Source: Eremomyces bilateralis CBS 781.70 | Taxonomy: Eukaryota | Length of the DNA stretch: 64,000 bases | NCBI GenBank assembly: GCA_010015585.1 | Contig: ML975150.1 | Direction: 5' to 3' (one strand) | In this document: positions 11,771 through 24,800 of the stretch, piece after piece | How the letters are laid out: every line of letters starts with the position of its first letter | Position numbering within the stretch: the first letter of the stretch is position 1 | Translations under genes and position numbers: made by a program | The notes under the pieces: generated by a model | Databases searched by the model: none | What the model was told of the DNA's origin: nothing | Seen by the model: the letters and a program-made list of their open reading frames with translations, nothing else

Positions 11771-12337
11771 GGATTTACACGAATTGAAATGAGGAGGACA
11801 CGGACTTTCGTCGCCTTGATTTTGGGCATTACGCTATCCAGAATACAAGACGGCCGTTGGACTATGCGGTTGCTTGCACAGTCTCTGCGAACGGGAACAG
11901 TTATGGGACGAAAAATTGGAATTGCAGAGAGATCGACGCAATAGACGTATCTACAACAATGACTTCAATTTTTGGTCCAAACCAATCATCCGGCCTAAAT
12001 TATGCACTACTTACGGTACTTGGGCATTCTCCGAAGACAAATGCACTGCCCATGACTGTTGTGGTGGAGGAAAGTGCCAAAGGGGGAGGAGGAAAGCTCA
12101 AGATGGTTCGGTTGACCTTACGGTACATACATGCGACGAAAACCACTGACCTCAGCGAATCCAGTCTGTCCCTCAACCAACGATACCTACAAACGCCTAG
12201 ATCGATCCCCTAGCATTTTGGTTTATGCATTGATTCATCATATTATCTACTCGGACGATATATTAGAACCTTGGGTTGTCCTTGTCCGCTCATTTCCTTC
12301 GGACGCAGTCGCCGCTCCCTCCTCGTTCCCTTTCGCT

Positions 12338-12373
12338 CTTCTTCTTCTTCTTCTTCTTCTTCTTCTTCTTCTT
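12338..12373 (+). repeat. (CTT)12 microsatellite ending 12 nt before the EBP start codon
   Basis: Perfect CTT run read directly; typical fungal pyrimidine-rich 5' leader. Confidence 0.95.
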
Positions 12374-12385
12374 GTTTTTGTCACG

Positions 12386-13237
12386 ATGGAGGCAGTGGAA
12401 GGGATTGTTCATCCTTATTTCCCGGTCGAAAGCGTGCTATTAGGTTACGTTGCAAATGACTGGACTGTCAAAGACATCTTTGGCGTGTTCTTTGGTGCCA
12501 TTCTCGCAGTCGCTGTCACAACCCGGGTCGTCTCACATTATATCAACCCGAAGCTCTCTGTCCGAGACCAGTGGCTCGTTGTCTGGTTTATTTTGTGTAT
12601 GATGCCTTCTCTTTGGCTTTGTACAGGTATTGGCTAACGCTTACGCAGCTGGGACAATCCATATCGTCATCGAGGGATACTTCTCGCTAAACCATCGCAA
12701 CATGCCGCCAATGCAGGATTATCTTGGGCAGGGCTGGAAAGAATATTCGAAAGGCGACTCGAGATACCTGACTATCGATCCGTTCTTGGTATCCATGGAA
12801 ACAGTCACTGCAGTACGAGAATCTCCCAACCCTTACTTCGCCATCACGTTGCACTGACTTAAGATAGTTTGCCTGGGGACCCCTTTGCTATATAGAGGCT
12901 TGGTACACCTTGATTGATCACCCATACAGGCACCCTGTGCAGGTTCTTGTGTCAACTGGGCAGTTCTACGGGGATGTGCTCTACTTTACGACCTACCTCG
13001 GCGACTACCTCTACGATGGGTTGAACTACTCTCGGCCGGAGGCACTGTACTTCTGGGGTTACGTCGTCGGCTTGAATGCATTTTGGTTCGTGATCCCAGG
13101 ATGTGAGTACCTCGCCCTATATTCATAGAAGCACGCTGATACTTCATCCACAGATTGCGTTTACCGTAGCATGAAGGAAACAGCCCGCGCTTTTAGTGTC
13201 ATAAAGGAGTCGGCCTTGAAGTTGAAGCAAAAGTAAT
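12386..13237 (+). CDS. Emopamil-binding protein (EBP/EXPERA) family, sterol delta8-delta7 isomerase-like; 4 exons
   Basis: HPYFP, WFIL|SGTIHIVIEGYF, WKEYSKGDSRY, SMETVTA, VSTGQFYGDVLYF, YFWGYVVGLNAFWFVIP. First intron 12597-12648; TAA at 13235-13237. Confidence 0.92.
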
Positions 13238-13820
13238 CAACGTATGAAGGAACTACGTTAAGGGTCGAGCTTTGGAACTGAAGCAGTACTTAGAAGCGAG
13301 CGCCGAAATTCGAATCGTTTTGGTTGACAGCAATAGGCCTGGACCAGGTCCCGTTTATCTCCTCCTAGGCATAATACACAGAACCAAATTTTATAAAGAA
13401 CAGTGCAAAGCGGCTTGCCTATGACATCCGCCGAATGATCATCCAATCAGTAATATATAAGTCCAGGGCAAAACTGTGTCTCAGAAAATAAGTCGACGCA
13501 AATCAAAGGTCCACCCCGGCTTTCTTTTCCTGCTAACCATCATATGAATGAGCTACCTGCTCGTCTGTCTCCAAACCCTTCTCCCCGTTTTGGTGCCAAA
13601 GCATGGAATGGCTCATAGCCTCCCCCAGCAAGGAGGTTATCCCTCTCGTTCCGAAGAGTACCGATCGCTGCGCCATCCAGGGATTGTCGCCAGTGATTTC
13701 CATCGGCCCCAGTGGATTCGGCTGCCATGAACTCTTGCCATACTTGCTGGTTGACAACGGGTTATCCTTCGATCGCGAGAGGACGTGCTTCATCCAGTTC
13801 TGGACAAGCACGGGTCATGA

Positions 13821-14213
13821 TCACCTGTCGGGTTCTCCGTCATATTTAATGACACTATCCGGGATCGGTACAACCGCCATGCTACACCAGATATGCCTCG
13901 CATTGCTCCAATCCAAACTCTTCAAACATCCTCCCTTTACACTGACATAGTCCTTTCCTCGACCGGCATGCATGAGCCTGGTGCCACACTTGGTGCAGAA
14001 ATAACAGTCCATGACCCCACCACTCGCAGTAGGGCGTGAGAAAGTCGAGATTGGAAGGCTGGCGGGAAGACTAAAAGGAGGAAATATGGCGGATGTGCCG
14101 AACGCTGAGGCGCTTTGAGCACGGCATTGCGTACAATGGCAATGGTATAGGTCGAGTGGCTGTTCTAACGGAGTGGTGAACTGGACGTCTCCACATTGAC
14201 AGGTCGCTTCCAT
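13821..14213 (-). CDS. GFA / Mss4-like zinc protein (glutathione-dependent formaldehyde-activating family)
   Basis: MEATCQCG ... CHCTQCR ... YFCTKCGTRL ... HIW; ATG at 14213. Confidence 0.9.
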   Translation of the reverse strand: MEATCQCGDVQFTTPLEQPLDLYHCHCTQCRAQSASAFGTSAIFPPFSLPASLPISTFSRPTASGGVMDCYFCTKCGTRLMHAGRGKDYVSVKGGCLKSLDWSNARHIWCSMAVVPIPDSVIKYDGEPDR

Positions 14214-15891
14214 GGCAGGTCTCGACCCCCACGAGTACGGGTAAAGCACTTGAGGTAAGTACTCAAATACTGGGCCTACTAATTGAGGCAAGTAGACGCA
14301 TTTATGGAGGAGGGAGTTTAGTTTCAATAGCGTGATGGTGTTTATGTTGATGATAACTACGAAAGAACTTGGAGGAAGCCTGTTTGGACTTCGGAGTGGT
14401 GTGATCCAGAGTTCCCGACCCGCCAGGAAGCCCAATCCGATATTAGCGTTCCAACACAGCCATTACCGTAGCCTCCTTTTTGATCCCCACCCAAGGCACC
14501 CTCCATTCTGCACTTTCTTGAACGAGATACTAACCAAATCAAGTAGTTATGAGATCCTCAACGAGGCCTTGATCACCACGTCGCTTCGGCACCCCTCTCT
14601 AAATCCGCGATCACGATGCTGTACACTAGTATCAAGAAGGCTCGCGAACTTCTGAGCAGCGAGGCCTCACCGAGGGAGACTTGCTCTAAGAAATACTAGC
14701 TCCACTAGGGGCTCTCTTGCAAGCACTCAATCTTGGAGGGACTGCGGTGATCTGAAGCTTACGAGATACCTTTGGTCGCAATCAATTCTCATTGATTTAT
14801 CAGGAGGGAGGTTGTGCAAGGCCCACTAGAACTAGTACATCCGTATGCCCATATCAAGGATCCTGTCGTCAAAAGGCCTCGCCTCCAACGAGCAGCGTCC
14901 TCAAGGCTCAAACCCTCCCCAGCCATTGAGAGTGTTCCCGTGAAACCGTTTGAGGGTCCTGATAGGCGAGAGCCTTCTGAGTTCGAACTTCGAATTGGCG
15001 GAAGCCAGGCCGAGTCAGATGATGGCTCGGGCGCGGGAGTTACTAGATTCGATCAGGGAGAGTCTTCTTAGGCACTAAGATAATTAGATAAACCGATGCT
15101 ACTCCGTAGAATGCTTCGAAGAGCTTCAAAATAAGTCTTGAGTGAATCAGCCAATCAGAGGGCGCGATTTGATATTTGTCCACGTGACTGGTCGGATTGA
15201 ACATATATGACGGAGTCGATCGATTGTTTCCCACCCTCTGCTCCTTATCTACTTTCCTAGGCATACAAGTTCTCCTGATTCCTTAAGGATCAGCCTCGTC
15301 TTACCACAGTATGCAACAGAATCTGCTATCCTCCGGCGGTTCGCAAGCGAACCGTAAGAGACCAACCGTTTTGCATTAAGCTAGCTCACTCGATGCGTGC
15401 TGTGACTTTTTTCCCTTGTTGATCTTGATCGTCTTCCTTGCCCTACGTTGCGGATTGAGCATCTACAGGTGACTATAAATCCCAAGAAGATTGAGCCTCC
15501 GTTACAGCGGATATTCCAATCTCAACACATTCTAACCCAGATAACTAGCTATAGTTTGAACTGGGGTCAACTTCTGCCCGTCATCAGCATCGGAAGGACG
15601 GGGTAAATGTTGCATGTCGAGTTGGACGACGTTTGTAATGAAGCTCCTTCATATTCGATCTCCACGTCCAAGCCATCGGATGCAACTGCGGCTCTCCGCC
15701 CTTTGCATATGGCGAGCAGTTCTAGCCCTCATTCAGGATTTAATAATTCAAAGTTAAGTCTTATTTTAAGAGTCTCTCTTCCCCCGTATTCCCCAGTCTT
15801 CTTATTTAAGTTAAAGTTGGCTTTCATTTTGCCAATTTGGATCTTTCTTAATTTTTCTGAAGTCAGTATCCATTGAAGCCAAATTATAAAC

Positions 15892-16848
15892 ATGCCCGGT
15901 CGTCTTCAAGGAAAAATCGCCGTTATAACAGGCAACAGCACTGGCATTGGCCGCGCTATATCCCTGACCTTCTACCGCGAAGGCGCAACCGTGGTCTGCA
16001 GTGATATGAAGGAGGATGCACCAGACGGAAGCACCACGCATGGCCTGATCACAAAGGATGGAGGTAAAGCTATCTTCATTCAGTGCGACGTGACGAAGCC
16101 CAGTGAGGTAAAGAACCTCATGAACACAGCCGTCAACGAGTTCGGAAGAATCGACATGTACCTACCTCACTTCTATTACTTCTCTCGGCTTGCTAATATA
16201 GGCGGTTAGTCTGGTCTGTAATGCTGGCAACAGTGGAATTACCCGGGAGCATATGCCCGCGCCGATCTGGGAGCTCGATGACTCTGTGTGGGAGCGGACC
16301 ATGGGCGTGAATGTGCACGGCGTATTTCAAACGCTCAAATATGGGCTGCGTTATATGATTAATCAAGAGCCTGCAGCGGATGGGAAGCGAGGACGGATCA
16401 TCAACTTGGCAAGCATTGTGGGGCTTGTTGGCACCAGGAACTCATGTATGTGATGTCGTTTCTGTCAAAGAGTAGGAACGACATGCTTATCACCATTCAG
16501 CGTCCTACGTTGCCTCGAAGCATGCCGTCGCTGGCCTGACAAAGTCGGTTGCTCTTGAAGTTGCACCGTATAATATCCATTGCAATGCAGTCTGTCCAGG
16601 ATGTGAGAGGCCATTTCACTCCATCACTTTTGGACTTAGCTAATTCGCATCTAGTCGTCGATACTGCATTAGTCGCGGGGTTGAAAGAGAATGATGCAGC
16701 ATGGCAGCTGATTAATAACCTTCACCCCTTGGGAGGCATAGGCAAGGCCCAGGACATCGCGAATATGATTCTGTTCATGGCGTCAGAAGAAAATACTTGG
16801 ATGACTGGCGCATGCGTTCCTGTTGATGGCGGTTACACTGCGCAGTAG
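15892..16848 (+). CDS. Classical short-chain dehydrogenase/reductase; multi-exon
   Basis: TGNSTGIG cofactor motif, CNAG, IINLAS, spliced YVASK catalytic motif, CNAVCPG, C-terminal VDGGYTAQ. Confidence 0.93.
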
Positions 16849-17443
16849 ACTTGTGGCCACTACGGCGATAGCGGGCTTCGTTCTTCCATCAAAATTACGA
16901 CATATCAGCCTATCAGAATATTCTGAGATACTAGAAAATGAACTAAATAGGATGATCGTCCAGTCAGTGGATAAACGGCAAGTCTCCTGGTTCGAATCTC
17001 TCAGCTTTAGCCAGTCCTGAATATCAGTCAACGTGGTTCTTCGAAATAGTTGGTCCAGAACACAAGGCGAGCACATATGCACGAGACAATTCGAGACAAA
17101 GACAGGGACGACTCAACCTGCGTGAAGTCAACCGAACAACCGGGAAGCGATAATTACATTTTCGATAAAGTCGAACTCAGGGACAAGGCCATTTCACGGC
17201 CTCAATCCATAATTGGCTCGGTCTCGATGCATATGAGGAGTCTCGTGAACGTGATGATTTCCGATACCATCAAAGTTTATAAGGCCACGCAATCGTTAGT
17301 AGAACCCAGTACGTCCAACGGCAGCACCACATCAACAATAGCTGCCAGCACCCAATGGGTTTAAGGTAGACTTGGTCCTGAATATATATCACAGCTAGGT
17401 TTCATGTACATCCTTACGACTTGAAAGGGTGCCTGTTTATCTC

Positions 17444-18261
17444 TCAACGCTTCGCATCCGCTTTCATGCCCCCTTGCACCCAATCCCGGGTTTTCTTCGC
17501 CTCCTCCTCCACCTTCGCCTGGTCCCTCAGCAGCTCCTTGATCCTATGCGGACTGGGCACCTCTTTCCCCTTCTTCACCCCTTCCCTTTGTTCCATCCGG
17601 AGTTCCCATGCCTCCAGTTTCGGGAACTCGGTGATATCCACGCCCGCCCATCCGGCTGAGGCAACCCATCCGTAGTGTGCGATATCCGCCACGCTGCATT
17701 TCTTCCCGTCGCCCACCAGGTAGTCTCTCCCCTCCGCAAGATGCTTGTCCAGCACGCCGTACAGCCGGCGCGTCTCATTCTTATAGCGATTGATCCCGTA
17801 CTCGATCTTCTCTGGGGCGTATCGCCCGAAATGGTTCGATTGGCCCTGCATGGGACCGACACCCGCGTTCAAGAAGAACAGCCACGATAACATCTCGTAG
17901 TACTCGCGAGTGCCAGGGGGAAAAGACACCTTATAGTCCTTATCGTAGGTGTCAGAGAGGTACAGCATGATAGCACCGGATTCAAAGGGGCTGATCGGCT
18001 TGCCGTCGGCGTATGAGCCGTCGGTGAGAGCCGGAATTCGGCCATTCGGGTTGATTTTAAGAAACCAGTCTTCTTTTTGAGTGTTTTTGCTTATGTCGAT
18101 TTTCTCGACTTTGTATGGGAGACTGCCAGTTTGTTAGCCGGAAATATGCTCTAGAGAATCAGGTATCAAGTCACGCACCCTAGCTCCTCCAACAGAATGG
18201 AGATTTTGATGCCATTGGGAGTTTGGGCTGTATAGAGTGTAATATCAGGATTTGAAGACAT
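17444..18261 (-). CDS. Glutathione S-transferase, Ure2p/YfcG-like class; 2 exons
   Basis: MSSNPDITLYTAQTPNGIKISILLEELG | LPY...WFLKINPNGRIPAL...FESGAIMLYL ... GPMQGQSNHF ... SVADIA. Intron about 18124-18178. Confidence 0.95.
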
Positions 18262-18383
18262 GGTGAATTGATTTGATTATTTTCTCAACTGAAAATTCCG
18301 GCTGTACCGTGTAGAGGTCAACGGCGAATAAAAGTGTGGAGGAGTGAGGATGCGGGCAGATTAGTAAATGAGGAATTGGCCTC

Positions 18384-18389
18384 TTTATA
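18384..18389 (-). promoter_or_regulatory. Candidate TATA box for the GST gene
   Basis: TATAAA on the minus strand about 125 nt upstream of the ATG. Confidence 0.45.
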
Positions 18390-18987
18390 GGTAGTTAGAG
18401 ATCTTTCGGCTAGACTACGTTACTCAACCTGCTTCTTGGGAACCACTCCAGTATGCTGATGCAGGGCGGATTTCTCGCCTTCGTAGCGATTACAAATGGA
18501 TCTGATAAAGCGTCACGACTTGTAGCTAGAGTCGGGCCCCTCATTCACCCCGGACAAAGGTATGGTGCCATCTCAGCCCCGATACACCGAGAGGTATAAT
18601 GGGGTTGATCAGACCGAGCTTGCCCCGAAGACCAGAGTTCGGTTCGTAATCAGATTATCACACCAGCCTGCGCCCGCCGCCGAGCAGATCAAATGCTACC
18701 AACCCTGAGCGAGTAAAGAAGCGAATGGAATTCCGGTGTCTGGATGATTCAGGGTCGTTGTGATCGGATTGTGAAGCTGGAGAAAGGTGCGTGAATCCTG
18801 TGCCCAGGCGTTAGTTCGAGCTTCGTCCAATTGGAGCTGACGGGGACCAGATGGTATCCGTAGACGTCTAATGAGGCCAACATTCCACGGACCGATTTCC
18901 CTCCGGACAACCTGTATGCGACAATCTATGCAGCTTTGACGCTTAGTACCGACCGGTAAAACCTTTGACATTAATTTCAGCAGCACC

Positions 18988-19637
18988 ATGCCTTCCTCGA
19001 CACCTATTCGCGTCGCGCAAGTCGTCGGGCTGACTACGGCCGCGTTCTTCGCGGGTACGATGTATCCTACAATCTCCTACACGGGATAATAACTGACGCC
19101 GCGACCACAACAGGCCAAAGCGCCGCCACGACCTACATCCTCTGCCCCAGCATCATGGAAGCACCCGCGCCGCTGCTCGCGAAGCAATGGCGGAGCGCGT
19201 GGACGAAAGGGCGCGCAATCGGCCCGCCGCTAGTGGTGGGGTTGACGGCGACGTTTGGCTTCCTGGCATTTCACGGTGGGTTTTCTTGATGCTCGAGGAT
19301 GGATTCCGATGATAGAACGGGACTGATGTGCATGGGAGAAGAATACTCTATCATAACGCCCTATAGTAGCTGCGTGCCGTTCGGGTTGCTTGCGGGCGCA
19401 GCCGCGCTGATGATCTCGATTGTGCCGTTTACGGTTCTGGTTATTGGGCCAACGAATAGGGCGTTAGCGAGGAAGGCGGAAGAGGCGGATACGCTGGCGA
19501 GTCTGATGGATGTGGTGATGGAGAAGGAGTCGAACACGCATTGGCTGGTGGATCGGTGGGCGACGTTGAATCTGGTTCGGGCGGGGATTCTGGGGTTATC
19601 TGCGGTGTTGGCGGCATGGGGAGTGGTTGGGTATTAA
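18988..19637 (+). CDS. DUF1772 / anthrone-oxygenase-like membrane protein; 3 exons
   Basis: MPSSTPIRVAQVVGLTTAAFFAG | ...PAPLLAKQW...GRAIGPP | ...IVPFTVLVIGPTNRAL ... LVDRWATLNLVR. Donors GTACGA (~19055) and GTGGGT (~19276). Confidence 0.85.
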
Positions 19638-19791
19638 GGCGCGGTTAGGTACCTTTCACGATATTTGAATGTAGGGGTGGGTGTTATCTGTGGGCGTTCT
19701 TTGCAGAGGGTTCGACCTCAAACACATAATAGTTCTGAATCATTAACTAGGGTATCGTCAACTAATACGTGAAGCATTGGCGTCTGAGCCC

Positions 19792-21874
19792 TCAACCACT
19801 CATCCATCTTGCGACCCTTTCACCCTCAGCCTCTCTCACCCACCTCTCAATCCGTTCGCTCACGTCGCCTACTAACCGCTCATAATGCCGGTCTGGCCTG
19901 TCGCTCTCCCGTTCATCTTCCACCCCCACTGGCGACAATGCTCCCGACTCAATGGCAGGAAGGCTCTGGTCCGTCGAGTCGGGGATGAAGAGTCCACAGT
20001 GCGCTTCCACTTCGTCTACACCGCGCATGTATACCCGCACCCACGTCGGATCGCGTGTTTTTTGGCGGGTGCCATCGCGAGCCGTTGTTATGGTTGCCGA
20101 CGGGATAACGCAGAACTTGCGGTCCTTGGCCGGCTTCTTCGGCCGGTCAGTCGGTGTGGAAGGGGTGGGTTGCTCCTCTCCTTGTGCTTGTAAAGGTGAA
20201 TCTGGGGAATTTGTATGCGGATTGCTTTGACTTGATTCCTCAAGGGTTAGCATATCCAAATCAGCTTCCGGCTCACGGCCCGGAACATTCGATTCCCGGG
20301 CAGTTTCGGAAGCACCGTCGTTTAATACAGTCTCGTCTGGCTCGACTATGCTCATTGGTGGTATTGGCATCAATTCTGGCGTGGACGGCGAAGATTCCAC
20401 TACTTTCCCTTGGCCTTGATCAGTTGATGCAGCTGCTTCGTCCAATCCATCAACTGTGCGACCAGTAGGACGCTCTTCAGTCGTAATGGGGGCGAAACTT
20501 CCATCCCGATACTCCTCAACGCTGATCCTTGGGCTCCGAGATGGGGATTGCAGTGGTGTGGTGGATCCCGCCACTGGATCGTTCGAAGGCGGAACATGAA
20601 GCGAAGAGTCCAGAGGCTCTCGACCTTCAGCAGCCACGTTGGATTTGGAAGCATCCGCACTTTGACTTTGCGGCTTTGGTCTTCCCGAACTGGCCGTGTA
20701 GTAGTTCAAGAAACGTACTCGTGGAGTGGGTAGGATGGTTTCGAAGGCTGCACAGCGTCTCCGTTCGTCCTCCTCTTCCAGCCCGCGAAGCCTATCATAG
20801 CGGCGTCTAAGCCCGGGGTAATCCGCCATGGCACCACCAAATTCGGCATGGGATATAACATAGTGTCGGACGCCTTTGGAGAGATTCTCGGAATGCTTGT
20901 TAATGAAGTGCAACGTGGAAGCCCATCCCTTTCTAACTGGTAGGACGACGTCGTTGAAGAAAGGAGCGTTGAAATTTGGGTCAGACTGGCTAGATGCTGT
21001 GGAAAAGTTCGTATTCGTCCTCGTTGGATGAGACGAGGCAGTAGTGATAGTATCTGCCGTCGTTTCGGACGAAAATGACGACAATGACGGGGTATCCTGC
21101 GCTGAAGTAGGCTCTGGGGATAAGGACCCTGCCGGCTTCTCATATTTTGGTCGAAAGAGAGAACCAAGTCCTGCGCTTATCACACCGGGATGCATCCCCA
21201 GGAAGGGGACGTCAACTGAGCATTGTCAGGGAGATTCCATATACGAGAAGGAGCTAGTTGGGTCGTTCCGATATACTTACAATTAATATTCCCTAATATG
21301 CGATGTTGAAGCGACTGGTCAACTCGAGTGGGATCTGCCGGTGGCATGAGAACGACTTCTGCCGCTAGGAGTCCACCCATCGAGTGACCCAGGAGGATGA
21401 CATCGGTTGAGCCAGACTCATGTGGAGCGAGCCTTCAAATACCGGCATCAGTACGTGCCCAATATAGTGATTTAAGAGATGTATAGGCGCGTACCAATTA
21501 CTGAAATCGTCTCGAGCAAACTGAATCTGTCTTCTGGACTTGTATCTAGGATAGATCTTGGTATGGACAACATGACTATCCGCTAATAACAGGCTGACGA
21601 GATTATGCACATGCGAAGGGAAGCTGTAGAAACTGGTTTCATTGCCCATGAAGCCATGGATATAAATCAACAGGAGCCTGCGCCGACTCTCGTGATCGGT
21701 TTCGGCAGGGAGGAGAGACTGCTGTGATGATGAACGGGGATCGGATGAAGCCCATAATTCGGAATGCGTCCCCTGATACGGGTGAGGATGGGAAATCGAC
21801 TCTGAATTGGGCCTCGGGTGGTTTGTACCAGATCGAGAGGGTAGTGGAGGGGGGGTCCGACTATGTTGGTCCAT
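19792..21874 (-). CDS. DUF676-like alpha/beta serine hydrolase with long disordered insert; 3 exons
   Basis: LLLIYIHGFMGNETSF, nucleophile elbow GHSMGG, D.PFLGMHPGVI, C-terminal GVDEVEAHCGLF; ATG at 21874. Confidence 0.88.
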
Positions 21875-24800
21875 GTCCGAGAACCAACGTAGTGAACAGG
21901 AAGATGTCGTCTTGATTCTCAGCACTCTAGATATCAAAGAGAATGTCTCTTTAAATCAAAATCGAGATATTGAACGATATCAACCTTGATATTTGGCAAA
22001 ATTCAGCGACATTGTGGCTGTGCGAAAGCGCAGAGATTCCTGTTGCGAGGTTGCAACTGTGATGTTGAGGTTGCGTTGATAAGTGCCGGACAGGCGAGGT
22101 AGCTAACACCTGTCACTTGACTACATGAACCAAGGAGTAAATCAAGGACAGCTTTTTAAGCCTGGTAAATCCAGCAGAGGATCATCAACAGCACAATACC
22201 ATCTTTGCTCAATATCAGATAGGTACCGTTGCAGTCGGGTTGCTATTACGGAGAAGCTCTCTATCTCTGCGATGCACTGGATCTACGTTTGGCTCTGAGT
22301 ATGACGCAATCACCAAGTTTGCTCAAACACTAAGAAAAAACGTGACCCTGTGAAGTCGAGAAAGGGCCGAGACTTCGGCTGTATTACGGCGTATGTATGG
22401 GGCTGGGACAGGTACGTACCAGTAGCACAATATACGACATTCGGGAAAAGTGGCAACCTAATCGCGTACCACCGGTGGAATGGGAGCATTTCTGATTCCA
22501 TCGACTTGCTTCGACCGACATCGCTACTCTGAAGTTTACCTGACCATGAAATCACCCTGTAGCCTCGATTGACCACCCAGGTCCCGCCAAGGCAGCGGAA
22601 TTAAGCCCCTCGGAATGCATGCCCGAACCAGGGATAGTAGAAATGTCAAAGTTTCTCTGCAAGGGCGATGCCTGATAGAGCTCTGATATGTCAACAACCA
22701 ATTTAATTAATGCCATCAATAACGCTTTGAGGAGAAGGTCGTTATTTGAGAATCAGAATCCATCTGCATATAGCATGTTAGGAGGATTCCGATGTCTTAT
22801 TAATATTGTCCGACTGGACAGTGTGACGAATGACGATTGATGGGAGAGCCGATATCTAACCGTTGTCCGCAGTGCTGGAAAAGGAAATTCGGGTATTATT
22901 ATTAGAACCTGTGCCTCTGTACTTCCGTAAGTAACCATGAGTCCGGTGCTGGGAGTGTGTCACAAGGAATCCGCAAAAGCTTGGAGAGATTTCCAAGGTC
23001 CCCAGGAGGAGATTGTTTGTCGGTGTCATAGCATCAATACCCATGGAGCCCTGAAACGACGAAGCACAATAGGGTGCAGCAGTGATGATGTCGAGAAAGT
23101 GTTAGTATTAGACTCTGGATACCGGTGATCGGACATCAATGACCAGGATGAAGAAATAGGTATCGGGAGAGAGGCAGGACGGGAAGCCGCATATTAATTC
23201 TCCGTAGCCTAAGTTAGCTGAGTGCCTTGTAGGAAATTGAGCGAGCCGAGAACCTGCAGACTTGCAGTTCAACGGAATTGATATCCTGGGTGCAGTCACG
23301 GCTTCGCGCAGTCACAGCAGCCGAAGACGGGTGGTCCAACAGCCAATAGTGGCCCCATGACCAGGACTTGAACTTCGAAGGAAAGCATGATACTACTACA
23401 TACGTACGTACATCACCGAAGAGCGAAGACCTCCCTTGCTTCTGCAAGAGGAAGCGCAAGAATTAGCACAACAGGCATACCTAGTCTGAGGGTCCCATCC
23501 CAGCAAGGCAGCAAGCCAGCAACCCTTCCACCAAGGCACAGACGTCTCCCAAGTCCCAAGTCCCAAGTCCCAGGCCATACTCACGGGCAACGTACAGAAC
23601 TACAGATAGTTGCATGCGCCATGATGGAAGGAATTTATGTTGGTTGTAGACTCATGCCGACCAAGTAGGGGAGATCCTGGCGGTTGATATTGAAGCAGGA
23701 AACCATGGACCAGATATGGAGGATGGATTCCATCTTATCCTGACTGCATGATGGAAGTGGATGAGGAACTGCTGACTTGGATGAGGCCAAGGGAGAACGC
23801 GAGGAAAAAAGGAAATGAAGTTAAATGAAGGCCGAGACGGACCCTATCGCACCCTGTGTGGTGGAGTGGTGACTGTCTGGTGGTGCAGTGGTGGACAGTG
23901 GTGGGCAGCCTGATGGCCTGTGCTGGCCCTACCGCTGCTGTGTCCCTTACCTGTCCTCCCTACAATCCTGTCTGCATGTGCCGTACAAACTACAACGTTC
24001 AACTTCAACTTCGTGTTCAGTACCTACTCACTCTCGACTCTCTCTAACGATGCTCACCACCAATATTTAGGTCAATCAAGTTGGAAATACGGAACCATTG
24101 GGAAATCCGTCAGCAGCCAGCACTCAACCTGGCAAATTGTGTCATTCAATTTATTTCGATTGCGTTGGATGACTTGGATGACTTGGATGATTAAGTTATA
24201 CCCCAGCAATGCCAAGGACCCCAAATCGCGCGCCGTCTGCCAGAATGAGCATCTCATCCAATCAGCGCCGTCGTCTATCACCACTTCCGCTCTCCACTGT
24301 CTGGCTAATTTCATTCTCTTTCTCTTCCTCCATCAATCCATTCATCCTTTGAGATTGGAGTCTATCCCGGTCCCCTACCCTCGCCAGTCGCATCGTCGTG
24401 CAACTTGGCCGCCAACATGCCAATTGCCAACACGTAGTTGCTGATGCTCGGTTGCCCAGACTGGCCTGACTTCGTCCCATGACGCTCCTGGGATGGGCAA
24501 TGGACACAATCATCCGTTCATAATGCCCGTCCGCCACGAGAGGATGAGAAATTGATAATCATGGGATTGGATGCTGAGTGAGCTTAGAGCTAATTTGCTT
24601 GCAGTCAGCTGCCTGTCCGCCCTAGCTCACTGTCCCTCCCACCCACGGCCCACCCCCAGTGGCCCGGTGTCCACAGTCCGGTGCGCAGTGTCCATGCACC
24701 TTGAGTATCCTTTTCCTCGCCTCCGTTGAATCTCTCGCGATCCACGTTTTGTCCATCTGCAAGTCCGCAACGACCTCCGCTGCGACGTCGTCAAGCTCAC

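Noticed and set aside
12131..12385. Poly-Leu N-terminal extension of the EBP ORF
   Set aside because: It is the translated (CTT)12 microsatellite; the family-like sequence begins at ATG 12386.
13533..13811. ORF with LLGEAMSHSML, faintly like the GDAAH motif of FAD monooxygenases
   Set aside because: The key Asp is missing, there is no ATG-led context or other motif, and an overlapping frame looks equally protein-like.
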